NCBI GenBank assembly: GCA_050011875.1
Contig: JBEKIG010000003.1
Coordinates: forward strand, 32,001-96,000
Source: Nitrososphaeria archaeon
Lineage (GTDB): Archaea > Thermoproteota > Nitrososphaeria > JACIWG01
Direction of reading: 5' to 3'
Length of the DNA stretch: 64,000 nt
Below, in pieces: positions 19,805 to 29,409 of this stretch (positions are counted from its first letter, which is position 1; every line of letters begins with the position of its first letter). The notes under the pieces were generated by a model. That model was given only the letters and a program-made list of their open reading frames with translations, did no database searches and was not told the DNA's origin. The translations under genes were made by a program, and so were the position numbers.

Positions 19805-20740
19805 TTAATACAAGACTTGGTTGATGAGCGTATTTATGTTATTTTCGGGTTTAATCAAGAAAGTTTGTGAAAGTTTCTGAAAGTTACTGAAGGCTCTATT
19901 AGGTTTTGACGAAGCTGTGGTTATGGCGTATATGCTGTCTTCATATCTTTCCAGGTCTTCTATTGCCTGGTCTAAACTGACAATGCCTGAAGCGAGGATG
20001 TTGATGGCGATGATTTTGCTTTTCTTACCTACCTCTTTAATCGCATTTTCAACTCCATCCTTACTTTCTGTCATTTGATAACCCACCCTGTTAATTGGTG
20101 TCATAATATATTCTGGAAAATGACCACTTTTTGTGAGAGAATTGGACAAAGAACTAAAATTCCTAGTTTCTAAACCGAATCCGACATTGAACCTAGTATT
20201 CATGTGACGTTCTAAAGGCTTTATTGAATCCATAAGGTCAAATGCTATAAAAAGCTCAGTTAACACTTCATGTAATAAAATACCCTTGATGTTTTTTCTA
20301 GGCAAGATTTCAAAGTAGGGGATAAGCTCCGATTCAAGAAAAACGCCCGCTAACCTATCTAACTTCAGGGTCAAAAGTGATACAAGAGCGTCTGAAATAG
20401 ACATTTTGGCGCTGAAGAAGTCCCTTAACTTAGATTTGATAAGCGCTGGCGTTCCGTCAACGTTGCTTTTTCTAACGTATGATTGTGAATAAGGCACAAG
20501 GATATAGTAGTTCATCCTTCCCAGAAGTGCTTTATCAGAATCATGGAAGTACGTTAGAAGCTCAAGATTGCTTTTGTGGCTCGAAAAAGTGAACCCTGTC
20601 GCACCGCCCTCTAAGGCCGCTCTAACTACATTAGCTTTATTCTCTAATTGACATTCTTTATCCTCCTCCTTAGCCTTTTCCTGACATAGATGACTGACTC
20701 CGATGAAAGCGTTATCCCCAAGTAAGAGTTCCCTGACCAT
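19805..20740 (-). CDS. Conserved TIM-barrel protein, distantly aldo/keto-reductase-like
   Basis: LLLGDNAFIGVSH N-terminus, MTPINRVGYQM, IAINILASG; coupled to the Gfo/Idh/MocA gene. Confidence 0.55.
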   Translation of the reverse strand: MVRELLLGDNAFIGVSHLCQEKAKEEDKECQLENKANVVRAALEGGATGFTFSSHKSNLELLTYFHDSDKALLGRMNYYILVPYSQSYVRKSNVDGTPALIKSKLRDFFSAKMSISDALVSLLTLKLDRLAGVFLESELIPYFEILPRKNIKGILLHEVLTELFIAFDLMDSIKPLERHMNTRFNVGFGLETRNFSSLSNSLTKSGHFPEYIMTPINRVGYQMTESKDGVENAIKEVGKKSKIIAINILASGIVSLDQAIEDLERYEDSIYAITTASSKPNRAFSNFQKLSQTFLIKPENNINTLINQVLY

Positions 20741-21789
20741 TACATTTGTGCCTTCCGATAGAGTTCGTCAACTAAATACATTGTTTCACGCACATTCTCT
20801 AAACTGGTCAGAGGCTCTTCTGATGAACAAATAGTCTGTAGAAAATGCATGTTTTCTAGGGTATATTCGGGATCGCCGAGGTTAACTGGAGGCGTACTCT
20901 GATAGTAATTGGGCTTGTACAGCTCTAACCTCTTATTCCTTTTTTCGGGATAGTTCCCTATATATTCCACCCTAAGGTGATCTTCAGTAACCTCCAAAGT
21001 TCCCTTAGAACCCCTGATCATGATATAAGTTAAAGGCACCCTATGTTCAGGGCTTGACCATGTTGTCTCAACAAAAACATCGGCTCCTTTGGCAGTCTTC
21101 ATGGTAAATTCAAAATAGTCATCTACATTTGTAAAAATCTTTTTGAAGTTAGATGATTTTACCGTGTCTATTTTTAACATCCAATTAAGAAGGTCTACTA
21201 GATGTATCCCTAAATCAAGCAACACACCCCTACCAATATTGTCGAATCTATCCGTACGTGTTAATATATCACTTGACTTTATGTAAGAAGATACATTTTC
21301 TATCTCGCCGATTTCACCTTCTGAAATTATATTTTTTGCATGCCTAAACGGCAGCGCAAACCTTTTCTGGAACCCCACCATAACCCTTTTGCTTGACCCT
21401 TTCTTGTTAATCAACGAGCTTAGCTGTCGTGAGTCAATTGTTGGCGGCTTTTCTACAAATATGTTTTCAACTTGAGACTCAAGCAGTCTAGAAACAATGT
21501 TATAATGTGAACCCGCTGGTGTAGTCACGTAAACCGTATCAGGATTATTTTTTCGCAGCATTTCATCCAAGTCCCTATAAAATTTGGTACACTTGATGAT
21601 CCTTGACGCGCCAAAGGTAAGTAGGCGCCCTTTGTCAACGACGGCTTTGACACTTCCGGGCTTGAGCAGGTTAAGAATTCCACTGTGTAATGCGCCCATC
21701 TTTCCAAAACCTACAATGGATATATTGAAATCCTGATTCATGTAGCTTTTCCAGTTCTCAACTTCTTGGAGAATTTTTTCTGTTGACAT
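20740..21789 (-). CDS. Gfo/Idh/MocA family oxidoreductase
   Basis: IVGFGKMG, FVEKP, VGFQKRF, GVLLDLGIHLVD. Confidence 0.92.
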   Translation of the reverse strand: MSTEKILQEVENWKSYMNQDFNISIVGFGKMGALHSGILNLLKPGSVKAVVDKGRLLTFGASRIIKCTKFYRDLDEMLRKNNPDTVYVTTPAGSHYNIVSRLLESQVENIFVEKPPTIDSRQLSSLINKKGSSKRVMVGFQKRFALPFRHAKNIISEGEIGEIENVSSYIKSSDILTRTDRFDNIGRGVLLDLGIHLVDLLNWMLKIDTVKSSNFKKIFTNVDDYFEFTMKTAKGADVFVETTWSSPEHRVPLTYIMIRGSKGTLEVTEDHLRVEYIGNYPEKRNKRLELYKPNYYQSTPPVNLGDPEYTLENMHFLQTICSSEEPLTSLENVRETMYLVDELYRKAQM

Positions 21790-21808
21790 AAAGTAACACG
21801 ATATGGGT

Positions 21809-22741
21809 TTACTTACCGTTATGATTGTTGTTATTCGTAAACTTGTTCAGTCTTTCGATCATCCTGTATTCCATTCTTTTTATGTATAGTGCCATAATGG
21901 ATAGTAGTAGTGATATTATTCCTACGCCACCTACCGTAACCCCCATTATTGCCCAGACGAAGTGATTCACTCCCAGAAATAGTAAACTAATCACAACATA
22001 TGAAAGTATTATCACCGCGGGAAGAATGAAAAATGAACCTGCGGCTAGTATTACGAACGTCGGATTATATCTTAAGGCAAGACTTATTATATCCCTAAGT
22101 ATGGTCAGTCCTTGAGTTTTACCGAGCTTTGCTTTTCCAAGTCTGGATCTATAGTTACCGTTTACATTTGTAATCTTTCTAGATGTAGTTGCCACATGAG
22201 CGGCCATTTCTACTTCCAGACTAAAGCCTCTGAACTCAAACCAGAGATCTTTTCCGACATCGGTTTTGAGCAGGTACATACCTGATAAAACGTCTTTCAA
22301 TTCGGTTCCGAAAAGTAAGTTAAAGAAACCAGTTATGAACCCGTTACCTAGCCTGTTTAACAGGGGAATATTCTTTTTGCCTCCAATTCTCGCTACTATG
22401 ACTTCATCATTATCCTCTGCAATTTTGATCATATTTTCTACGTCATTAGGATCATATGTGTTATCTCCGTCCATAACCAAAAGGTACTTGGTATCTACGA
22501 GTTGAAGGACCGATTTTATCGCGTCTGCTTTACCCTTCCCATCTTGAGCTACGACTTCAACACCTTTCAAGCGCGTTATCTCAGGTGTTCCGTCTGTGGA
22601 ATGGCCATCTACGACTAGCATCTTTGTAAAGCCTTTTTGTTTAAGTTCGTCAATCACCTTGCCTATCGCTAAAGCTTCATTTAGAGTGGGTATGATGACC
22701 GTTATTTCATCCTTTGAGGGCGTTTGATGGTTTGTGATCAT
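21809..22741 (-). CDS. GT2 polyprenol-phosphate glycosyltransferase (DPM1-like) with two C-terminal TM helices
   Basis: IIPTLNE, VDGHSTDGT, MDGDNTY, DVLSG. Confidence 0.88.
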   Translation of the reverse strand: MITNHQTPSKDEITVIIPTLNEALAIGKVIDELKQKGFTKMLVVDGHSTDGTPEITRLKGVEVVAQDGKGKADAIKSVLQLVDTKYLLVMDGDNTYDPNDVENMIKIAEDNDEVIVARIGGKKNIPLLNRLGNGFITGFFNLLFGTELKDVLSGMYLLKTDVGKDLWFEFRGFSLEVEMAAHVATTSRKITNVNGNYRSRLGKAKLGKTQGLTILRDIISLALRYNPTFVILAAGSFFILPAVIILSYVVISLLFLGVNHFVWAIMGVTVGGVGIISLLLSIMALYIKRMEYRMIERLNKFTNNNNHNGK

Positions 22742-22769
22742 GATTTATGACTTTACAAACATTTTTTCT

Positions 22770-23372
22770 TTAGGACCGCAGGGAAGTGAATTTTCTCTTT
22801 AATGCCCCTAAACCTAAGCATATGCTCAAAAAGGAGAGTGAAAGTAAGACAGAATCTAGTCTTACGCCGAAGGGGGTGTAGCTCAGTACGAGCGCTATTA
22901 GCGGTACAATTGTCAGCGATATTCCCATAGATAACACTACCCTTTCAATTTGCGATAGCTCTTCTTTTTTGTGATATAGGATTTCAATCAACGTCGAACC
23001 TGGAATGTATAGTACGAAGATGGAGCCGAGTAAATATCGTATGTAGACGAATGGTCCAAGAGGCACATAAACTGTTATGATTGTAGATGCGACCAATGCC
23101 GACAGAGCCCAAAACCATGCAGAATATGAGCTGAACAGGTAGGATCTCAAGGTTGCCGGAGGTCTAGGGTCGTAAAGATGAATTAGCCCTTCCTGATTTA
23201 ACGTATAGATCTTCTTGACTATCTCGTACTTTTTGATTTTCGTTGAATCAGAGAGAACCCTTATAGCTTCGCTTAACTTTGGTCCTTCATTTTTTCTGAA
23301 GAACTCTAAGATTTCGTTTGAACTTTCTGATTCTAAGCCGGAGCCGTTATGTTCAACCAAAGTTGGTTCCAT
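22770..23372 (-). CDS. DUF1616-like membrane protein (TM portion with small soluble N-terminal domain)
   Basis: LYIPGSTLIEILY...ERVVLSMGISLTIVPLIALVLSYTPFGVRL signature. Confidence 0.75.
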   Translation of the reverse strand: MEPTLVEHNGSGLESESSNEILEFFRKNEGPKLSEAIRVLSDSTKIKKYEIVKKIYTLNQEGLIHLYDPRPPATLRSYLFSSYSAWFWALSALVASTIITVYVPLGPFVYIRYLLGSIFVLYIPGSTLIEILYHKKEELSQIERVVLSMGISLTIVPLIALVLSYTPFGVRLDSVLLSLSFLSICLGLGALKRKFTSLRS

Positions 23373-23812
23373 TTTCCGCTATATTGTATTCCTTCTTTTT
23401 CCAAAGTCCACATCTCAAAAATTAGTTTTGCATCTGTCATGGGCTTACCGAAGGTTAATTTTATTGGTAAAGTAGTGTTTTGCTCTATTGGAAGGATGAT
23501 TTCGTAAGACGAAATTATGGGGGCGTTCGCAGGCTGAGTAGCATTGACGATCGTATTAGAGCTTCCGAGCTTGACGTATACGATATAGTAGGTGGTCTGT
23601 GCTTCATAGTTGGCAACGTAAAGGTAGAGGTTGAGGGTTTCGTTGACCTGCGTACTGTTTGGGTAGTCGCTCATCTTCATCTCAGGCCCAAGAACTGCAA
23701 TTTCTGAAAATGGCTCACTGATCCTTTCACCTAGTAGTGTCGAAGAGACTGCAAACATGCCTCCTACAACTATGAGAGCCAGCACTAGGGCTGTTACCTC
23801 ATCGTCGATCAA
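23333..23812 (-). CDS. DUF1616-like extracellular beta-rich domain with N-terminal anchor
   Basis: EPFSEIAVLGPEMKMSDYP...VANYE...QLWLNIT. Confidence 0.75.
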   Translation of the reverse strand: MIDDEVTALVLALIVVGGMFAVSSTLLGERISEPFSEIAVLGPEMKMSDYPNSTQVNETLNLYLYVANYEAQTTYYIVYVKLGSSNTIVNATQPANAPIISSYEIILPIEQNTTLPIKLTFGKPMTDAKLIFEMWTLEKEGIQYSGKWNQLWLNITAPA

Positions 23813-24279
23813 CTAGGCCTCACCCTCCAATTTGCTCGGTATTTCGCCCAACTACTCCACAATATTCTTGGTAGGTAGAGGTAAACGAACGCACATGTAA
23901 CAGCAATAAATGCTATCGTCGAAACAAGCGAAACGTTTGTCGAGAGCGTCCTACTCTCGCCCTCCTTTATCAGGGACGGTATCGAACTATTTACGTTTTC
24001 AATTATTGATGAAGCCTGGGAAAGGAGAGAGCTATCCGAGCTGTTTCCCTCCGCTTGATCGATAAGCTGCAAAGCCATGTCAAGTTCCTGAGCTGGAAGG
24101 GTCACGTTTGCGCCCATTCTTTCTGCATCCTGGAGCCTAAAAAATGTGGACTTTACGTAATCCTTTAGTTTTAAAGCTTCCGTTGAATCATCCGTTTGGG
24201 CCTCCGTTCTAAATGACGAGAAAAAGGTATTTGAAAATAAAACTATAATCAATAAGAATACAAACAGCCTGCTTCTCAT
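23809..24279 (-). CDS. Hypothetical secreted, membrane-anchored helical protein
   Basis: Signal peptide, AERMGANVT motif, C-terminal TM followed by a W/R-rich tail. Confidence 0.7.
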   Translation of the reverse strand: MRSRLFVFLLIIVLFSNTFFSSFRTEAQTDDSTEALKLKDYVKSTFFRLQDAERMGANVTLPAQELDMALQLIDQAEGNSSDSSLLSQASSIIENVNSSIPSLIKEGESRTLSTNVSLVSTIAFIAVTCAFVYLYLPRILWSSWAKYRANWRVRPS

Positions 24280-24319
24280 TTAAGTCATTGCCTAAATTTT
24301 TTTGCTTTGATTATCTGTT

Positions 24320-25273
24320 CTAGAACCGTAGAGCCAGCAGGTATAATGTCACGTTACTTAGACCATGAGCGAGCACGGGGGATATGAGACTGTTCGTCTT
24401 CATCATCAGATAACCAAATACGGAGGAAACCAGGAAAGCGGATAGGATTTCAAACGGATTAGACCATCCAATCTGAAACAAGGAAAAAATTATTGATGTA
24501 ACGTAGATCGACTGACCTTGTGTAAGAAATCCTGTCATATGAGTCTGAATTATACCCCTGAACAATAACTCTTCAGTAAGGCCGACAAAGACTATCATGA
24601 AGATAGCGACGTAAACTATGTTCTGAAGAAGGTTCGGTCCTATGCTGTTTGCCTTCGGACTTAATACCAAATACTGGAAGAGCCCTAACAGTAACCCTGA
24701 GGCGATTCCTGCAAGCATCTGCCAGCTTAACTTGGTTGTACCCCTCCATAGTCCAACCTTATCTAATGATATCCTCCTGAACCATACATACAGCATTATG
24801 CCAGTAACCAGTATAGTATATGCTATAGGGAGAATCAGAGCCGAATCCAGTACTTGGACTGGAAATGGAAAAAGGACTATCTTGATTGCAAAAAGAATGC
24901 CGCACGCTTCGAGAACGATTCTGACATCTTCCCCTCTATTTCTCAATAATGCGCCAAAGAGTGGAAGAACAAGAAAGCCGCCAAAGGCTAACATGATACC
25001 ATATAAGGCGTAGGCACTGCTCAAAAGGAATCCGTCAACGAAAGCGAGAACCATTACGATGTATGCAACCGATAAAAGCCTGATCCTTCTAAACTCGATG
25101 ATGTATGATACAATCAGTCCGGTTGACACAAAAATAAGGTTAAAGAAAAAAAGGCTGTAAGGATATTTAAAGTAAAAGAACAGGCCCAAATAGGACAATA
25201 CAGCCGCTATGGTAGACAGTGAGGTTGCTGTAATTATATCGTATGGAAATTCTAATTTGCTGCTAACCTTCAA
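24320..25273 (-). CDS. CPBP (Abi/Rce1) family intramembrane protease
   Basis: EELLFRG and AHGLSN motifs; the FxxxH motif reads FSLFQ. Confidence 0.85.
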   Translation of the reverse strand: MKVSSKLEFPYDIITATSLSTIAAVLSYLGLFFYFKYPYSLFFFNLIFVSTGLIVSYIIEFRRIRLLSVAYIVMVLAFVDGFLLSSAYALYGIMLAFGGFLVLPLFGALLRNRGEDVRIVLEACGILFAIKIVLFPFPVQVLDSALILPIAYTILVTGIMLYVWFRRISLDKVGLWRGTTKLSWQMLAGIASGLLLGLFQYLVLSPKANSIGPNLLQNIVYVAIFMIVFVGLTEELLFRGIIQTHMTGFLTQGQSIYVTSIIFSLFQIGWSNPFEILSAFLVSSVFGYLMMKTNSLISPVLAHGLSNVTLYLLALRF

Positions 25274-25299
25274 TTTTCTTACTTATCCATTTTACATTG

Positions 25300-25695
25300 T
25301 TAGACCATAAGGTTTAGAATTTCAAATAGGACTCTAAAAGAAAAAAGAATTACAAGCATTGAAGCAGGCGTCATCCAACTTTTTCTAAATTCCTCTATAA
25401 TTTTCCTACTTGTACCATACGACGGATCAGCCAATTCAACGTAAATGACCGTAGCTAGCGCGAGAATGGTTATGACTAAACTGCCCTGGAAAAAAGTATT
25501 TCCAAATATTGCTGTCAACTGGGACCCATCTAATGTCGTTGTATTAAAAACCATCGTGCCTAGAAAGTTTGTGCTAAGCACCGTGGACAAGCCGTAAAGG
25601 TTAGAGTTTACCCTAAGTAAGCCTATTACAGCCAATAGAAGGATATAAAGACCTATGATGATCTGTGGCCGGCGATCTCCCATTAAAAACGCCAT
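25300..25695 (-). CDS. Hypothetical membrane protein
   Basis: About three hydrophobic segments; co-oriented in the membrane block. Confidence 0.65.
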   Translation of the reverse strand: MAFLMGDRRPQIIIGLYILLLAVIGLLRVNSNLYGLSTVLSTNFLGTMVFNTTTLDGSQLTAIFGNTFFQGSLVITILALATVIYVELADPSYGTSRKIIEEFRKSWMTPASMLVILFSFRVLFEILNLMV

Positions 25696-25770
25696 TTGAT
25701 GTTCAGGATTTTAAACATTAATCTAGGACGTTGTTCTTAACTTTTACCGGTTATTATCCAGAGAATGTTT

Positions 25771-26049
25771 CTATTTGCTCTCCGGTATTGCGGATCCTGC
25801 TTCTTCATCCTTTACAGCTTTCATCTCTTTTTCTATTTCCTTTTCTATTTCTTCAATCGGCTTAGGTGGCGGTGTCGTGGCAAGCGTGTACCCTATCCAT
25901 CCGACTACAGCTAGACCTCCCGCAATAATTAGGAAGCCTGTAATCTGAAGCACTATTATTGAAAATGAGTACATCAGGAATCCGTAAACAATTATTCCAA
26001 CAATGCTTCCTAAAAGGAGCAGTGCCCCAATCAACTGATCTTTATTCAT
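25771..26049 (-). CDS. Small two-TM conserved archaeal protein, copy 1 (DPM2-like pattern)
   Basis: DQLIG...Y...WIGYTLATTPPPKPIEEIEKE; near-identical paralog at 27653. Confidence 0.8.
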   Translation of the reverse strand: MNKDQLIGALLLLGSIVGIIVYGFLMYSFSIIVLQITGFLIIAGGLAVVGWIGYTLATTPPPKPIEEIEKEIEKEMKAVKDEEAGSAIPESK

Positions 26050-26212
26050 CTTCTATCGCCTATTTTGTATACGTATGAGGGTTTATAAAAATACCCCAAT
26101 ATATAGCAAAGCTCCTGTCGCTCGACCATAACGCAGCCTCCTTGTAGCCGCAACTAACGGCGTATTTTGATATCCTATACGCTGATTTTATGCCAAGCAG
26201 GTAATTTCTGTA
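25771..26212. repeat. 442-bp segmental duplication, copy 1 (copy 2 at 27653-28094)
   Basis: Colinear with a constant 1882-bp offset. Confidence 0.93.
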
Positions 26213-26488
26213 CACAAAGGAAGTAAGTTCGGTTATTTCCTTGACTATTCTTGTTATGGCATGCAGTAGTTCCATGCTCTTGAACCTTATCTCTAGCTTG
26301 GAGCTGAGTAGGAGCAGGCTCCTGTCCATCTTCTCTAACTTTCTCCACGCACCAGACCTTTTCGCCTTGGTTATTATTTTAGCGAGGTCAGCCCTTATCC
26401 TTCCGCTGGTGTTGAGGAGAAGTCCAGTATGTTCATTTATTTCATTATTTTCTCTTATGGTTTTATCTTTACCGTTAAACCCTTGCAT
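26060..26488 (-). CDS. Conserved hypothetical basic protein
   Basis: Intact 142-aa ORF (KAKRSGAWRKL...AVSCGYKEAALW); its 3' part is duplicated at 27942-28094. Confidence 0.7.
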   Translation of the reverse strand: MQGFNGKDKTIRENNEINEHTGLLLNTSGRIRADLAKIITKAKRSGAWRKLEKMDRSLLLLSSKLEIRFKSMELLHAITRIVKEITELTSFVYRNYLLGIKSAYRISKYAVSCGYKEAALWSSDRSFAIYWGIFINPHTYTK

Positions 26489-26622
26489 ACAATCTCAATT
26501 GCTTTCACAAAATGGTAAATAAGTTCTTGCTTGTATACTAATGGGAGATTTGGTCTATTTTGATGGGAAATATCATATTTTAGTTTACATTGAGAAATAA
26601 AATACAAGAAAAAAGACAGTTA

Positions 26623-26675
26623 TGAGATACATTTCCAGCGGCTCAAGGCACTTTTTAGAGCTTTTAACCTATAAA
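26623..26675. repeat. 53-bp repeat of intergenic 29344-29396
   Basis: Shared core atttccagcggctcaaggcactttttagagcttttaacc. Confidence 0.92.
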
Positions 26676-26681
26676 TTGTAG

Positions 26682-26780
26682 ACCTGGGTTGTCAACATTC
26701 CAAGGGAGTTCTATGACTTCGAAGACTTCGATAGCGGGAAGTGGGACAACTACGACCTTATCATCCCAAAAAACGGCGAA
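26682..26780 (+). pseudogene. 99-bp internal fragment of asparagine synthetase A (copy of 30606-30704)
   Basis: Encodes TWVVNIPREFYDFEDFDSGKWDNYDLIIPKNGE; about 3 mismatches. Confidence 0.93.
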
Positions 26781-26889
26781 ATTAGATGAACTGCTTGAAA
26801 CCAAACAAAGGTTGGGGAATATGTATGTAAGGATCAGCAGGATAACAAATTTTTTTAAATAACAAAGGTGGGCTAGCGATAACTACTTT

Positions 26890-27615
26890 TCATTTCTCTT
26901 CGAGCCATAGCCAGACGCAGGCAGCTAGGAGCCCTCCTATGATGGGAGCGGCCAAAAATAGCCAGAGCTGGTTCAAAGCAGTTCCCCCAACGATGACCGC
27001 TGGGCCAAGGCTTCGTGCAGGATTGACTGAGGCACCTGTGATAGGTATTCCTACAAGGTTAATTATTACCAGACTTAATCCGATGGATAGCCCAGCGAAA
27101 CCCTTAGGAGCCTTCTCGCCAGTTGACCCGAAGAAGACCATCAGTAGGATAAAGGTCAGGACCATTTCAGCGATAAAACAGGATAACATGGAGAACCCCT
27201 CAATTGAAGCTTCCGCGTAACCGTTCTGCGCTAGGCCTACAGTTGCAAGGTTATACTGCGGATTTCCTGCAGCTATGTCGTAGAGCATTGCGGATGCGAA
27301 TATCGCTCCAATACACTGCACCGCCACATAGGATACCGCACGTCTAACCTTCATCTTCCCAGCTGCCAACATCGATATCGAAACCGCTGGGTTTAGGTGG
27401 CATCCGGAGATACTTCCTATAGTGTATGCCATAGCAAGGTAGGAGAGGCCGAAGGCAAAGGCTGTTCCGATATAGTTTCCGCCTAGTAAAGAGGCAGCGC
27501 ACCCTATGAAGACATACACGAAAGTACCCAAGAACTCAGCAAAATACATCTTTGTTTGACTTGGTTCACCCGTAACAGGACTTGGTTCGCTCATTGCATG
27601 ATCTGTTTCGCTCAT
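26890..27615 (-). CDS. aqpZ: Aquaporin Z
   Basis: AEFLGT, SGCHLNPAVS and ASVNPARS (two NPA motifs); AqpZ-like NGY loop. Confidence 0.92.
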   Translation of the reverse strand: MSETDHAMSEPSPVTGEPSQTKMYFAEFLGTFVYVFIGCAASLLGGNYIGTAFAFGLSYLAMAYTIGSISGCHLNPAVSISMLAAGKMKVRRAVSYVAVQCIGAIFASAMLYDIAAGNPQYNLATVGLAQNGYAEASIEGFSMLSCFIAEMVLTFILLMVFFGSTGEKAPKGFAGLSIGLSLVIINLVGIPITGASVNPARSLGPAVIVGGTALNQLWLFLAAPIIGGLLAACVWLWLEEK

Positions 27616-27652
27616 AACAAAACCTTCAGGAAAACATCACAAGACATCATTT

Positions 27653-27931
27653 CTACTTGCTCTCTGATGTTGCAGGACCTGCTTCTTCATCCTTTGTGGC
27701 TGGCATCTCTTTTTCTGCTTCCTTTTCTATTTCTTCGATCGGCTTTGGAGTAGGTGTTGTCACAAGCGTGTACCCTATCCAGCAGACTACAGCTAGACCT
27801 CCTGCAATGATTACGAAGCCTGTAATCTGAAGCACTATTACAGGAAATGAATACAAAAGGAAGCCATAAACAATTATCCCAACAATGCTTACAAAAAGGA
27901 GCAGTGCCCCGATCAACTGATCTCTATGCAT
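27653..27931 (-). CDS. Small two-TM conserved archaeal protein, copy 2
   Basis: Paralog of 25771..26049, same length. Confidence 0.78.
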   Translation of the reverse strand: MHRDQLIGALLLFVSIVGIIVYGFLLYSFPVIVLQITGFVIIAGGLAVVCWIGYTLVTTPTPKPIEEIEKEAEKEMPATKDEEAGPATSESK

Positions 27932-27941
27932 ATTCTATCAC

Positions 27942-28094
27942 CTCTTTCATATACATGTGAGGGTTTATAAAAATACCCCAATATATAGCAAAGCTCCTAT
28001 CGTTCGACCATAACGCAGCCTCCCTGTAACCACAACTAACAGCGTTTTTTGCTATCCTATACGCTGATTTTATGCCCAGCGGGTAATTTCTGTA
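27942..28094 (-). pseudogene. 3' fragment of the 26060..26488 gene
   Basis: Homology stops abruptly at 28094; 5' part missing. Confidence 0.8.
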
Positions 28095-28312
28095 AACTTC
28101 CTTCTTAGAAATTACGAATTAAGATATAGCGACACATAATGGACGACTATAGCTTAATATTCAAACTTTCTGGGCTGTGTTGATCCTATCCTTTGGACGT
28201 GTACTAGCCTTTTTTGGATTCGACTTCATAGCTTCCTACCTATTTCTTTAGAAAAGCTTTATTTGGAAGGACTTAAACCTCCATTAATTAGTATCGTTAA
28301 AGGGTTTTAGAT

Positions 28313-29290
28313 TTGATGAAAAAAGCTCTTGTTACAGGTGGAGCAGGCTTCATAGGCAGCCATATTGTCGATGCCTTAATGTCTGATGGCCTCCGCGTTA
28401 CTATATGTGATAATCTCAGCAGTGGGAAGCTTGATAATATCCAAAGAAACTTAGGGAAAGATTCTTGCACGTTCTTCAAAGGGGATATGTTAGAAGGGAG
28501 TGCTGTTTCATACGTTCTAAAAGGCTGTGATGTCGTGTGGCATCTTGCAGCTAATCCTGAAGTTAAGCTTAGCTCCACAAATCCTGACATTCATTATAAG
28601 CAGAACATCCTGGCTACATATAACCTACTCGAAGCCATAAGGAAGGATGGGAACGTCAAGATCCTTTGTTTTGCTTCTACCTCCACTGTTTATGGGGACG
28701 CCCTTCAGATTCCCACTCTTGAAGATTGTTCACCTTTGGAACCTGTCTCAGTTTATGGTGCCAGCAAGCTTGCCTGTGAAGCTCTAATATCCGCTTACGC
28801 CCACACTTACGGGTTTAATGCCATCATCTACCGTTTAGCTAACGTTGTCGGTCCAAGGAGTGAGCATGGAGTTATCTACGACTTCGTCAGGAAGCTTCAG
28901 GGGAACCCTAAGGAATTGGAGATCTTGGGTGATGGCGCTCAGACAAAATCATATCTTCATGTTAGAGACTGTGTCGAAGCAATGCAATATGGTCTAGATA
29001 ATTCGAAAAAGCAGGTTGAAGTCTTCAACGTTGGTTCAGAGGACCAGATCAACGTTAAGGCTATAGCTGAGATAGTTATAGAAGAAATGGGCCTGAAAGG
29101 CGTTGAACTCAAGTTCACCGGCGGCGTTGACGGAGGCAGAGGCTGGATAGGTGATGTCAAGAATATGCTCCTAGATGTAGGTAAACTTAAAGCATTAGGT
29201 TGGAAACCTGAACTCAATAGTGAAAATGCTGTAAGGTCTGCTGCGAAAGACCTAATCAAGAAGATGGCGGTGGAGAGGAAGTCTCCTTAG
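28313..29290 (+). CDS. NAD-dependent nucleotide-sugar epimerase/dehydratase (GalE-like SDR)
   Basis: TGGAGFIGS, ASTSTVYG, YGASK. Confidence 0.93.
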   Translation: MMKKALVTGGAGFIGSHIVDALMSDGLRVTICDNLSSGKLDNIQRNLGKDSCTFFKGDMLEGSAVSYVLKGCDVVWHLAANPEVKLSSTNPDIHYKQNILATYNLLEAIRKDGNVKILCFASTSTVYGDALQIPTLEDCSPLEPVSVYGASKLACEALISAYAHTYGFNAIIYRLANVVGPRSEHGVIYDFVRKLQGNPKELEILGDGAQTKSYLHVRDCVEAMQYGLDNSKKQVEVFNVGSEDQINVKAIAEIVIEEMGLKGVELKFTGGVDGGRGWIGDVKNMLLDVGKLKALGWKPELNSENAVRSAAKDLIKKMAVERKSP

Positions 29291-29409
29291 TCCTCTAATT
29301 TCATTAAAATATGATTTTTCATCATCAAATTCACATTATAATGTGAGACATATTTCCAGCGGCTCAAGGCACTTTTTAGAGCTTTTAACCCATAAAATCT
29401 ACAAGCAAG

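Noticed and set aside
26827-26843. Similarity to about 49193-49208 (aaggatcaRcaggat)
   Set aside because: Too short to distinguish from chance
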